Shown: piece after piece, positions 1-10,793 of the stretch
Position numbering within the stretch: the stretch's first letter is position 1
Layout: every line of letters starts with the position of its first letter
Source: Octopus bimaculoides
Taxonomy: Eukaryota
Assembly (NCBI RefSeq): GCF_001194135.2
Contig: NC_068987.1
Location: 103,064,923-103,102,249 of the forward strand
Direction of reading: 5' to 3'
DNA: 37,327 nt
Position numbers and translations under genes: made by a program
The notes under the pieces: model-generated
Database searches by the model: none
What the model saw: only the letters and a program-made list of their open reading frames with translations
What the model was told of the DNA's origin: nothing

Positions 1-212
1 ATATATATATATATGCGCGATATCGTGAGTGTTCTCGTTGGCAAAATGTTTACAATCAACAAATTCATCATTGCAACCACATTTATCAACGTTGCTATTA
101 GATTTTACTCACTTCACTTTTTTTGTATTACAGCTTCATAGCCGATTTATACTGATTTAATATTGCTTCGCTTCCGGCGTGTTGTTTTGTTTAAACAGGC
201 TGCAGAGTTTTG

Positions 213-270
<58 letters not shown>
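213..270. repeat. (AAT)n microsatellite
   Basis: Pure ATA/AAT trinucleotide run read directly; it generates the poly-L and poly-I pseudo-ORFs. Confidence 0.97.
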
Positions 271-272
<2 letters not shown>

Positions 273-385
273 CAGAGAAAACAACAACAATGATGTTTAT
301 ATTAATAATAATAGCAATAATTGTAGCAATGATATAGATGATAGCGAATAACAGCAACAATAATTACAGCAATGATGTTGGCGGC

Positions 386-1314
386 GATGATGATGATGAT
401 GATGATGATGTTATGATGACGCTGATGGGNNNNNNNNNNNNNNNNNNNNNNNNNNNNNNNNNNNNNNNNNNNNNNNNNNNNNNNNNNNNNNNNNNNNNNN
501 NNNNNNNNNNNNNNNNNNNNNNNNNNNNNNNNNNNNNNNNNNNNNNNNNNNNNNNNNNNNNNNNNNNNNNNNNNNNNNNNNNNNNNNNNNNNNNNNNNNN
601 NNNNNNNNNNNNNNNNNNNNNNNNNNNNNNNNNNNNNNNNNNNNNNNNNNNNNNNNNNNNNNNNNNNNNNNNNNNNNNNNNNNNNNNNNNNNNNNNNNNN
701 NNNNNNNNNNNNNNNNNNNNNNNNNNNNNNNNNNNNNNNNNNNNNNNNNNNNNNNNNNNNNNNNNNNNNNNNNNNNNNNNNNNNNNNNNNNNNNNNNNNN
801 NNNNNNNNNNNNNNNNNNNNNNNNNNNNNNNNNNNNNNNNNNNNNNNNNNNNNNNNNNNNNNNNNNNNNNNNNNNNNNNNNNNNNNNNNNNNNNNNNNNN
901 NNNNNNNNNNNNNNNNNNNNNNNNNNNNNNNNNNNNNNNNNNNNNNNNNNNNNNNNNNNNNNNNNNNNNNNNNNNNNNNNNNNNNNNNNNNNNNNNNNNN
1001 NNNNNNNNNNNNNNNNNNNNNNNNNNNNNNNNNNNNNNNNNNNNNNNNNNNNNNNNNNNNNNNNNNNNNNNNNNNNNNNNNNNNNNNNNNNNNNNNNNNN
1101 NNNNNNNNNNNNNNNNNNNNNNNNNNNNNNNNNNNNNNNNNNNNNNNNNNNNNNNNNNNNNNNNNNNNNNNNNNNNNNNNNNNNNNNNNNNNNNNNNNNN
1201 NNNNNNNNNNNNNNNNNNNNNNNNNNNNNNNNNNNNNNNNNNNNNNNNNNNNNNNNNNNNNNNNNNNNNNNNNNNNNNNNNNNNNNNNNNNNNNNNNNNN
1301 NNNNNNNNNNNNNN

Positions 1315-1375
<61 letters not shown>

Positions 1376-1392
1376 GGTGGTGGTGGTGGTGG
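386..1392. repeat. Compound (GAT)n/(GGT)n microsatellite spanning an assembly gap (N 430-1314)
   Basis: GAT repeats on both sides of the gap (386-428, 1315-1360), switching to GGT at 1361-1392. Confidence 0.9.
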
Positions 1393-1696
1393 TTGTAATG
1401 ATGATGGTAGTGATGCTGATTGTGGTGATGATGATGAAGTTGGTATTCTGCTCTACCATAATCTTGGTCATTTCTCCAATCACGTTGCTTTGCTAACTGA
1501 CCAATCATCTTGCACGGTAACTTATGTCACTTCCTTTACAACTGTGTCACAATCGGATCCCCGTGGGACAAACTGCACGGCTGACTGAACAAATCCGAAC
1601 CTTCTTGTAACAGTAGACTTTGTTCTTAATAACGAACACCAACACGAATTATTATCAAATACAAAATTATACAGATTCATATCCGTATGTTTTTAG

Positions 1697-2519
1697 TCTT
1701 CCTATGAAACTGGATCCCATGTGGGTTCTTTCGTCAGGCTGGGATGAGGCTCGAAACGAAAAGTTTCATTGTTGCTTAAGACGAAATCAATTTCTGATGA
1801 ACTCGTAAATAAAATAAAAAGACGGTTACAATGTCTAACGAGTGGTGGTGGGTAGCAAAAACTCACGCACAGTTAAGCACACACACACACACAGAAACAC
1901 ACACAGAAACACGCACACACATTCACATACACACGCACAAACACACAGACATACACACATATATGCACAAACATACACACATACACACACACACGCAAAC
2001 ACACACTCACACACACAGACACACGCACAATCACATACACACACATATATACATATATTTCTAGACAGTTTCCATCTGCCAAATCTACTCATAAGGTTTG
2101 GTCAGCCCGAGTCTATAGTGGAAGACGCTTGCGGAATGTGTCGTCCAGTAGGACTGAAGCCCAAGACCACATTTTAGGACTCAAGCTTTCCAACCACACC
2201 ACCACGCCTGAGCGTATGTACGTGCATTTTTTAAATTCTTTTACTGCTTTCCATCATTTGATGTCTGACATCACTTCGAAGCGTTACGAAGACGAAATCG
2301 ATCTCAGTATTGATTTACACTGGTACTTATTCTATTGAGTACCCTTAGTCGTGACGCTGTGACAGGATCGCATACAAACCAGTATATTACCATATGTTCT
2401 TGCTATGACACTGGATCCCATGTGGTCTCTTTCGTGAGGCTGGGATGAAACTTGAAATGAAATGTTTCATTGTAGCTTATGATGCCATCAATTTACGATT
2501 CACTCATAAATAAAATAAA
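1697..2519 (+). repeat. Diverged 122-bp direct repeat pair (1697-1818 and 2398-2519), each ending in AATAAAATAAA
   Basis: Manual ungapped alignment gives 102/122 identical positions at an offset of 701 bp. Confidence 0.9.
2066..2209 (-). mobile_element. tRNA-derived SINE family A, diverged copy
   Basis: Reverse complement aligns to the plus-strand copy at 7405-7568 (cagtttccatctgccaaatc...ctatagtggaagacgcttgc...acgcct). Confidence 0.8.
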
Positions 2520-2805
2520 GAGGCCGTTAGTGTTGATGTAAAAATAATACCATGTTACTGAGCAGAGGTAATGGAAAAAGATGTTAGAAAGATTGAGAGA
2601 GAATAAGAGAATATGAGAGGAAATGAATCCCGGAAACAAGTGTCCTAGAGAGATCCTTACTTTAAATGAAAATCTGACGTAAGGGAATTTCTTATGTAAA
2701 AAAAATAATATACAAACCCAAAATTTTGTTTATGTTTTTCCATGCCCACATATTCACACACAGATACACACATATGCATATATAGATACTTAAATACATA
2801 CTCAC

Positions 2806-2850
2806 ATACATACATACATACATACATACATACATACATACATACATACG
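2806..2850. repeat. (TACA)n microsatellite
   Basis: Direct reading; it continues after the SINE insertion at about 3281-3345. Confidence 0.95.
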
Positions 2851-2890
2851 TACGTACATACATACGTACGTACTAACGTACGCACATACA

Positions 2891-3277
2891 TGTTGTTGTT
2901 GGCACTCCGTCGCTTACGACGTCGAGGGTTCCAGTTGATCCGATCAACGGAACAACCTGCTCATGAAATTAACGTGCAAGTGGTTGAGCACTCCACAGAC
3001 ACGTGTACCCTTAACGTAGTTCTCGGGGATATTCAGCGTGACATGTGTGACAAGGCTGACCCTTTGAATTACAGGCACAACAGAAACAGGAAGTAAGAGT
3101 GGGAGAAAGTTGTGGTGAAAGTGTACAGCAGGGTTCACCACCATCCCCTGCCGGAGCCTCGTGGAGCTTTAGGTGTTTTCGTTCAATAAACATTCACAAC
3201 GCCCGGTCTAGGAATCGATACCGAGATCCTATGACCGCGAGTCCGCTGCCCTAACCACTGGGCCATTGCGCCTCCAC
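2891..3277 (-). mobile_element. tRNA-derived SINE family C, full length, (CAA)n tail, 12-bp TSD
   Basis: On the minus strand: A box TGGCCCAGTGG, B-box-like GGTATCGATTCC, a 3' hairpin GTTGAT-CCG-ATCAAC and a CAACAACA tail. TSD ACGCACATACAT at 2880-2891 and 3281-3292. About 93% identical by manual count to 35248-35640. Confidence 0.92.
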
Positions 3278-3876
3278 TACACGCACATACATACATACAT
3301 ACATACTTACATAGATACATACATACATACAGACATGCATACATGAAAGCTGATTCGAAAACTATAGCTCCAATTCATCAATGGATCTGTAAAAATTTGT
3401 AAAACCTTCCAGAAGTTTATCATTTAAGTATACATGAGTATGTCTAGATATGCAAGTATATGCGTGAGAAGACATACATGAAACAAAACATACAAATCTA
3501 CACGTATGCATAAATACATACAAAAACACTGTTGATGTTGTTGAAATTCCAATGAAGTAGCTTAGGATCTATCTTAGAAACCGGCTCTTTCTATATTAGC
3601 AAAAAATCTAGAAATAGGACTGAATAGTGACATGCATACATACATACATACATACATACATACATACATACATACATACATACAATTACTAATATAATAT
3701 ACCTTTGCGGTAAAAGTGCTAATAAGGCTGGGAGGATGTTTTTGGAGTGTTGACAAATCTACAGCTTGAAGCATGTTTACAATTTTTCGGGAATAAGCGT
3801 GGGGACAGTGTGTGCGCGGAAAAAGCAACTCCATCTGAGCCCGCTTGTAAATCTAACAGTGTTAACAGGTAATATA

Positions 3877-5286
3877 TACTGGTCAAAAATAGTTTAAGAC
3901 CGCTGATGACAGTTATATTTCTTCGTTAATTTATTTTTTAACAAAGCTGTATAAAATTATTTTACTTTTTAGCTTACGTAGATTTTTTTCTCTTTCCAAT
4001 GATACAGGCGTTATATATCTTTTTGAAGAATTTTAATGCGCAATTAGTTGAAATGATTAAAAATTGTCGGCAAAATAATTTTAAGACCTTACCAACATTA
4101 TTTCGTTTAAATTGAAAATTTACAGCACAATTGATAAACGAACAAAAATTTATTATTAGTACCTAGTTCCATAGCCATTATTTTCAATTACGGTCTTACA
4201 ACAGCGAGACTTGGAGTTCGACAAATGAGCACAAAAATCACTTGGAATGTTCTGCCGTATTTCTTCATTAAAATTATATAATTGGGACAAATTTGTTGGT
4301 TTTTTAGCATGAACTCTTTTAGAAACAATTCTATAAATTTCCTATCGGATTCAAATCCGTTCTCTGCGGAGACCACCCAATAACCACTATATTATTGCGC
4401 TCAAAATATTGCAAAACTTTCCTAGTCTTATGAACGGACCAATTGTCCAACTGGAAAATAGATCCCGGTCACATCTAATTATTTAAATATCCCAGCACAT
4501 TTTCATTTATCAATTGCAGTTAGCTTACACTGTTCAGTCTACCATCAACCTTAGCAACTGTACGAACACCTCAGCTGCTAGACGCTACCCACACCATTAC
4601 CCACACCTCCCGCTTGCACTGTTTCCTCGACGCACTTAGGATGGAATTCTTCAGTTGGACTGGGTCTAACAGAAGTCTTTCCATTTGATCCAAAGATGCA
4701 GAAGTGGAATTCGTCGTTCCAAAGAACTTTTGACCAGTCTTCGGCCGTCCATTCAATATGGCTTTTAATAAACTTGATCCACTTCCACCGGTTCGTCTCA
4801 GAAATGATCGGCTTCTTCCGAGCAATCCGCCCTAACAGCGGTTTCTGACAGTTTGTGGTGTAAAAGCTGATGTCAGTTTCATCAGATAATTGCTAGCAAG
4901 CGTCCACTGCCGTTAGCATTCGGTTACCTTCAGAGAGCCTATGAATTCGCCGATCCATCTGTACTGTTGTTTTTTTCGGAGCACCTGTTCTTCGCCGCAC
5001 ATTGTATTGGAAAGTGGCTTGGTAAACCTCCATTCTTGAACACAAACCGTTTTGCTACAACCTAATTGCTTGCTAATATTCATGAAGGACACATTTTGCT
5101 AATGAAGCAACACGATCTTTGATCTAGTAACTGGGCTGTTACTACGACGCTTTCCCACTGCGGATTAATGTGTAACAATGCTAGATTATTACACAAAACG
5201 GTGCAGTACGACCAGCCAAATGACCACTCATTTGGCTTATTAATTTTCATAATCTTGGTACGGTCTTAAACTTATTTTCGCCAGTC
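3877..5286 (-). mobile_element. Tc1-family DNA transposon, full length but decayed (about 1.41 kb)
   Basis: TIRs ACTGGTCAAAAATAGTTTAAGACCG (3878-3902) and its inverse (5261-5285), 21/25 identical. TA flanks at 3875-3876 and 5287-5288. Internal transposase pseudogene; AATAAA immediately after its stop codon. Confidence 0.92.
4156..5158 (-). pseudogene. Tc1 (DD34E) transposase pseudogene with several stops and frameshifts
   Basis: Manual translation: (M>V)GKRR..RSKIVLLH*..ISKQLGCSK (HTH), RRRTGAPKKTT.QMDRRIHR, QTVRNR, RIARKKPIIS, WTAEDWSKVLWNDE (D1), VMVW, FQLDN (D2), WSPQRTDLNPIGNL (catalytic E mutated to G, exactly 34 residues after D2), SRCCKTVIENNGYGTRY*. Confidence 0.95.
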
Positions 5287-5843
5287 TATCTTATTCCTTC
5301 TTGATTTTACGCGCCTGTTGTGGTCATGTAAATGCTTTGATATGCAATGGAAGGATCCATCATTTCACTTCCTTCTATTGCATATGCAATGATCTCATTT
5401 ACTATCACAGCAATGTCAATATAATTAAAGTTACAACGAATTTTACTTATGCTGCATAGTAGTAAACAAGGATCAGACTTGAGACTTTCGTGTTATGTGC
5501 TATTTGTTATTCTGTTAATTTAGAAAGAACCTAAACATCATATCACTTCTTTATAACAAAGAATAACTTCATTATGAAAGTTATCAAGCGGTTTAATTAA
5601 ATATCCTAATCTGCTCTCTGCAGTGAGACCTGTCTCGCACAGTACCGAGGTTTCAGTAACAAATACTCCTGCGAATATTATTTTGTTTCAGGTGATGAGG
5701 AGTTCATATAAAACTATGAAAAAATATGAAGACTCTTCTGATCTAACATTCCAGGCTATCTAATCTCCAAGGAACTGTGTTTAGTGTCATATAGATATCT
5801 GAATATCCAAGTTCATGGTTTGTACTTTTTTAAGCCTTCACTT

Positions 5844-6130
5844 CAGGAATTGTTAAAAGATGAGAGATTTTCAAGACATTTGCATTATGCTGCGTACGCT
5901 GCATGAAAAGCTTTCGAAAGGCCTGTTCAAACTCATTGGGAAATTGCTTAGCCGAAAATATTCAAGAATGGCAGGTAAGTATCGAAAATAGTACCAAAGA
6001 CTAAGTTAAATATGAAATTACACGTATATTTCTTGGAGTCTTAGCAAGCCTTTTCCTTCCCAACGCATTTCTATCATGAAAAATCATTACAACAGAGAAT
6101 ACCCACCTTGATGGTATACAAGATGAAATT
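5844..6130 (+). pseudogene. Heavily decayed DNA transposase fragment, CMC/Chapaev3-like C-terminal region
   Basis: Across frameshifts it reads QELLKDERF..AA*KAFE / ACSNSLGNCLAENIQE / YQRLS* / NMKLHVYFLES..FSFP..HEKSLQQRIPTLM. This is colinear with the recalled motif string ELxxDxxF..AWxSF..FLGNxKAxNY..YxxLGCNMSLKIHFLHSH..FP..GERFHQDI. The family name comes from memory and is unverified. Confidence 0.4.
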
Positions 6131-6978
6131 TGCCCCTAACAAATGCCCTTAACAAAAGCCTCCCGATTCTTATATGGGAAGTCGGACTTCCCATACACAT
6201 CGATGCATTAAAAATGGTTTTTCTGAATTTGAGATGCTGCATTTGTGGACATCTTTTGAGCCCATGCGTCTTTTATACCTTAAACACGGTACTAAGCTGT
6301 GCTACCACCACTCCACTGATAGCAGGTAAGGCTACTGTAATGAGTAGGATATACGTGGCTTTCGCCGTTCTCATAACGTACTCAGTTCAAATTATTCAAA
6401 CACTTGCGTAAATCCATTAGGCTAACTTTATGAAAGTACTAAATCTGTAATGTTGAGGACCATAACCAAGATGATAAAGATGACGACAGTGATGGTGACA
6501 TTGATGTTAGTAGTGAATCGATAGTTGAACTGAAACACACGATAGAAAAGTCAATACAGACCCAGGGATGTTACTTGGGTGGCGGGGATAGTATTTAGTG
6601 CCTCGCAGGTGTGGATAAAATGGTGGATTAGGTTACTGGGAAGAAGATGATTGTTAACGTGGTGATGAAAATTATCGTTAGGCAGGGCGTGAACATGATG
6701 GAAATGAAACACACCCGTCACTATATATGTACAGTTTTAAACACGTGCAACAGTAATACTATACGGGTGAGAGAAGGATGAAGTTTGAGATAGGTTTGAT
6801 GTGGTTAGATGGATAACCTGACGTATAGAGAAAGGTTGGAATTGATAGGAAGTGATAGATGAGGAGGTTCATTTGGAGGAGACTTAGAGATAACGGTAGT
6901 GGTCACACAGTTATGTTTGAAGGTCATGGCTACTAATTCTACGATATACGAGAAATATAAGTATATGTATAAGTATTT

Positions 6979-6982
<4 letters not shown>

Positions 6983-7051
<69 letters not shown>

Positions 7052-7130
7052 CTGTGTGTATGTATGTATGTATGTATGTATGTATAAACACATATAGTAT
7101 GCGTGTGTGTGTGTGTGTGTGTGTGTGTAT
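6983..7130. repeat. Compound (TA)n/(TG)n/(TATG)n microsatellite
   Basis: Direct reading. Confidence 0.95.
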
Positions 7131-7232
7131 ACATATACTTCAAATTTATAGAAAACAAAGATGAAGACAGGTATAGGGACAAGCAAGTGTATTAGTTTGG
7201 TGCTCCGTAAAAATGGAAAACTCTTTCATATA

Positions 7233-7265
<33 letters not shown>

Positions 7266-7404
7266 GGGAGAATATACAAAAAATAACAACAGACGAGGAC
7301 AGGTGGTGTAAATAACAAAAGTATATATTAGTATATACTCAAATATATATATACTGAAATACCCAATTTTTTTAAATTTTTATATATATATGTATGTATA
7401 TATA

Positions 7405-7568
7405 GGCGTAGGAGTGGCTATGTGGTAAGTACCTTGTTTACCAACCACATGGTTCCGGGTTCAGTCCTACTGCGTGGCACCTTGGGCAAGTTTCTTCTAC
7501 TATAGCCTTGGGCCTACCAAAGCCTTGTGAGTGGATTTAGTAGACGGACACTGAAAGAAGCTCGTCGT
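7405..7568 (+). mobile_element. tRNA-derived SINE family A, best-preserved head, followed by (TA)n and a gap
   Basis: A box TGGCTATGTGG (7415-7425) and B box GGTTCAGTCC (7458-7467). Homologous copies at 2066, 10794, 17355, 27075 and 31322. Confidence 0.9.
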
Positions 7569-7992
7569 ATATATATATATATATATATATATATNNNNNN
7601 NNNNNNNNNNNNNNNNNNNNNNNNNNNNNNNNNNNNNNNNNNNNNNNNNNNNNNNNNNNNNNNNNNNNNNNNNNNNNNNNNNTTGATTTATATTCTTGTA
7701 AAATTAATGTGGGATATAGAATATGGAATATACAATATATAATATAAAAATGGATGGTACAATGAAATAAAGTATTGAATGTCTTATTGAATATATGGAA
7801 TATGTCTTATTGAATAGATGAAATATTGAGTGTTCAGTATAAAGGATTAAATATATAAAGGCGAATACGTATTTTCTATACCTTGTGGTATTTCATCATG
7901 GCCGGTATGACAGACTTTAACAGACTGTAATAGACTGGCTGGTTTTCTGTGTTTTATACCAATTCCTTTGGACAGCAGCAGTATGTGTTTGG

Positions 7993-8205
7993 CCATTCCT
8001 GTTGTATTCTTGTGAAACATGGACTTGTTATGAAAGGCATTTTAAATTGTTAGAACAATTCCACCAAAAATGCCTTCATCGCATTTTAAATATTAAATGG
8101 AGTTCTTTTACTCCAAACACAGACGTCCTTGCATCTGCAGTCATCAGCTCAATTAAAGCGATGATTTTGAAAAACCAAATGAGACGCTGTGGCCAGAAGG
8201 TCCTT
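7993..8205 (+). pseudogene. RTE-clade LINE fragment (region C-terminal to the RT domain)
   Basis: PFLLYSCETWTCYERHFKLLEQFHQKCLHRILNIKWSSFTPNTDVL...SIKAMILKNQMRRCG matches the RTE hallmark LLYGCETW..L..FHQRCLRxILxIxW....N.EVL...SIEA.....QLRWxGH. Confidence 0.9.
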
Positions 8206-8451
8206 CATTGACGTTGAGGATTGAAACAGTGGTCCTATGACTAATTTGTGTCGTTTCATTCGAAACTAAACTCGGTTCGAATCGAGGTTGTAGTCCAAAC
8301 AGTGTTTTATGAAAGGGGCAGGTATTCTCCGAACACGAAATAGAGCAGCAAATAACATACTTATTTCCAAACCTACGAGAGGTATTAAGACAGAATATTA
8401 TAAGTAAGCCATCTTATACATGCACACAGACACATGCACCCCATCCCCACA

Positions 8452-8460
<9 letters not shown>

Positions 8461-8510
<50 letters not shown>

Positions 8511-8543
8511 NNNNNNNNNNNNNNNNNNNNNNNNNNNNNNNNN

Positions 8544-8582
<39 letters not shown>

Positions 8583-8775
8583 GAGAGAGAGAGAGAGAGA
8601 AAGAGAGAGGGATAGAGAGAGAAAGACAAAGAGAAAGACAGAGAGAGAAAGAGAAAGAGAGAAAGAGAGAAAGAGAGAAAGAGAGGGTGAGAAAGAGAGA
8701 GAGAGAGAAAGAGAGAGAGAGAAAGAGAGAGAGAAAGAGAGATAGAGAAAGAGAGAGATAGAAAGAGAGAGAGAG
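8461..8775. repeat. (CA)n - gap - (TA)n - degenerate (GA)n compound repeat
   Basis: Direct reading. Confidence 0.95.
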
Positions 8776-9073
8776 AAAGAGAGAAAAAAACGAAGGAAAA
8801 ATGGTATAACTACAACCATATTCAAGTTTCCCCCTTTTTTTTCTGCATGCACTTCCTTCTTTATTCTTAACTCTCATGGAACTCCATGTTTCAGATCAGT
8901 TCTATTACCAAATATGATAAATATTTTGAGCATATCAATGGCAGAACCATACAACATTGGAAGCCGAAACAGCTGTTAGATGCGCTGTATTGAATTAATG
9001 AATAATAATTGACGTAAGTAAATTGTTGTTCATCAATATTTCTCCATTTTCTATTTTCTTCATGTATATATGT

Positions 9074-9122
<49 letters not shown>

Positions 9123-9187
9123 TATATNNNNNNNNNNNNNNNNNNNNNNNNNNNNNNNNNNNNNNNNNNNNNNNNNNNNNNNNNNNN

Positions 9188-9224
<37 letters not shown>

Positions 9225-9864
9225 ATATATACATATATGTATATATAATGTGTGTGCGTGTGTATGTGTGTGTGTAGGTAGGTAAACAAATATCATAGAG
9301 ACTGCTATTTATCTTCTAACGTCTTTAAAAATTATGAAAAAGACTCGAAAAATACTCGAATTGAATCTTCTGTTCTCTGGAAACCAAGATGTCCAATCAT
9401 CAACGACACATGCGTGACAGCTTGTCAACAGAAGCATCGCCCATCGGGAATGATCCGAACCGTTTCTTTCCAATTTGTTTTTCTAAGAATTTGTTCGTTA
9501 TTTTTTGAAATTTCAAAATTTTAAAACTAGCATCAAAATCAAGAACGCCTACACATACACAGACACGCGCAGCTCTATATTTAATCTATTTTTATTTATT
9601 ATTTGTGTGTATCTATGGATGTATGTATGTTCATTTAAAAAGCTAATAAACATGTAACGCTATGAAATGAATGTTCTAAATTGAGATAACATTTTACAAA
9701 TTTGACATATACGTAATTTGTATCTATTTAATAATATATCTGTAAATATGTAAATGATAAGGTATTTTATAAAACGAGCATATATAGTTTACACACATAT
9801 GCATACATATATATAAACACATATACATATATATGTACGCATTTATCTATGTCCATATAGGTGT

Positions 9865-9968
9865 GTATGTATATATATACATATGTGTGCGCGTCTGTGT
9901 GGGTATGTGAGTATGTATATATATACATATGTGTGCGCGTCTGTGTGGGTATGTGAGTATGTATATAC
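9865..9968. repeat. Perfect 46-bp tandem duplication (9865-9910, 9911-9956) plus a partial third unit
   Basis: The unit gtatgtatatatatacatatgtgtgcgcgtctgtgtgggtatgtga is repeated exactly. Confidence 0.95.
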
Positions 9969-9996
9969 ATACACTCACACACAGTGACACACATAT

Positions 9997-10039
<43 letters not shown>

Positions 10040-10511
10040 ACCACACGCATATTCATACATATACACGGAGATACAATGCTAAGGGTACATGGATAGATAG
10101 ATGATAGATGTAAGTTTATATATATAAGTTAAATACACATATCCATTTATATGTGTGTATATATACACACATGTATGTATGTGTGGTTGAATGGATGTAT
10201 GTAAGTATAAATTATTTCAGAGTATCAAGGGATATCAGTTGTCAACCTGCCATATATGATCAGTATATAATTGTTATCAATGATATTTTCCTTTTTCTGT
10301 TTTTGAAAGTCGGCCAACCATTTTAATATTGTTCTATGTAAGAACATATATACATACATACACACACACACACCCATATATATGTATATGTATATATANN
10401 NNNNNNNNNNNNNNNNNNNNNNNNNNNNNNNNNNNNNNNNNNNNNNNNNNNNNNNNNNNNNNNNNNNNNNNNNNNNNNNNNNNNNNNNNNNNNNNNNNNN
10501 NNNNNNNNNNN

Positions 10512-10545
<34 letters not shown>

Positions 10546-10793
10546 GCGAAGCAGTTAGATAGATGTATAGATAGACAGGTGCCTTTCTTCGACTTGTTGT
10601 TTTTAGCAAATGTTGTTGTCATTGACGTAGAAGTTGTCAGCTAGTGTAATCGGTTTATCTGTGTTTTTTGCTAATTGTATGTACAATTTATATTTACCTA
10701 TTTGATATGTTCTAAACAATAGACGTCACCTCAAATAGCAACATGATATATATGTGTGTATATACATGGATATATATATTTACACACACACAC

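Noticed and set aside
302-1588. Long ORFs of 365-416 aa, and similar ones at 15110-15959, 19529-20156, 28295-28989 and 29423-29905
   Set aside because: They are open only because they run through N gaps and stop-free microsatellites.
1725-1765. Type-III hammerhead reading TTTCGTC...CTGGGATGA...GAAACGAAA
   Set aside because: Stem III pairs well, but the core has a 2-nt insertion, stem I is absent, and the cleavage triplet is GTG in the second copy. Not called as a ribozyme.
3180-3277. tRNA genes (SINE heads here and elsewhere in the window)
   Set aside because: The A/B boxes belong to multi-copy SINEs with bodies, tails and TSDs; there is no complete cloverleaf with a terminator.
5692-5974. 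Apparent exon (ttttgtttcag| ... AG|GTAAGT)
   Set aside because: All three frames are closed near the acceptor, and the 3' part is better explained as a transposase fossil. A non-coding exon cannot be excluded without RNA data.
6130-6411. 93-aa ORF MPLTNAL...
   Set aside because: No recognisable domain, a TTG start and no splice support.
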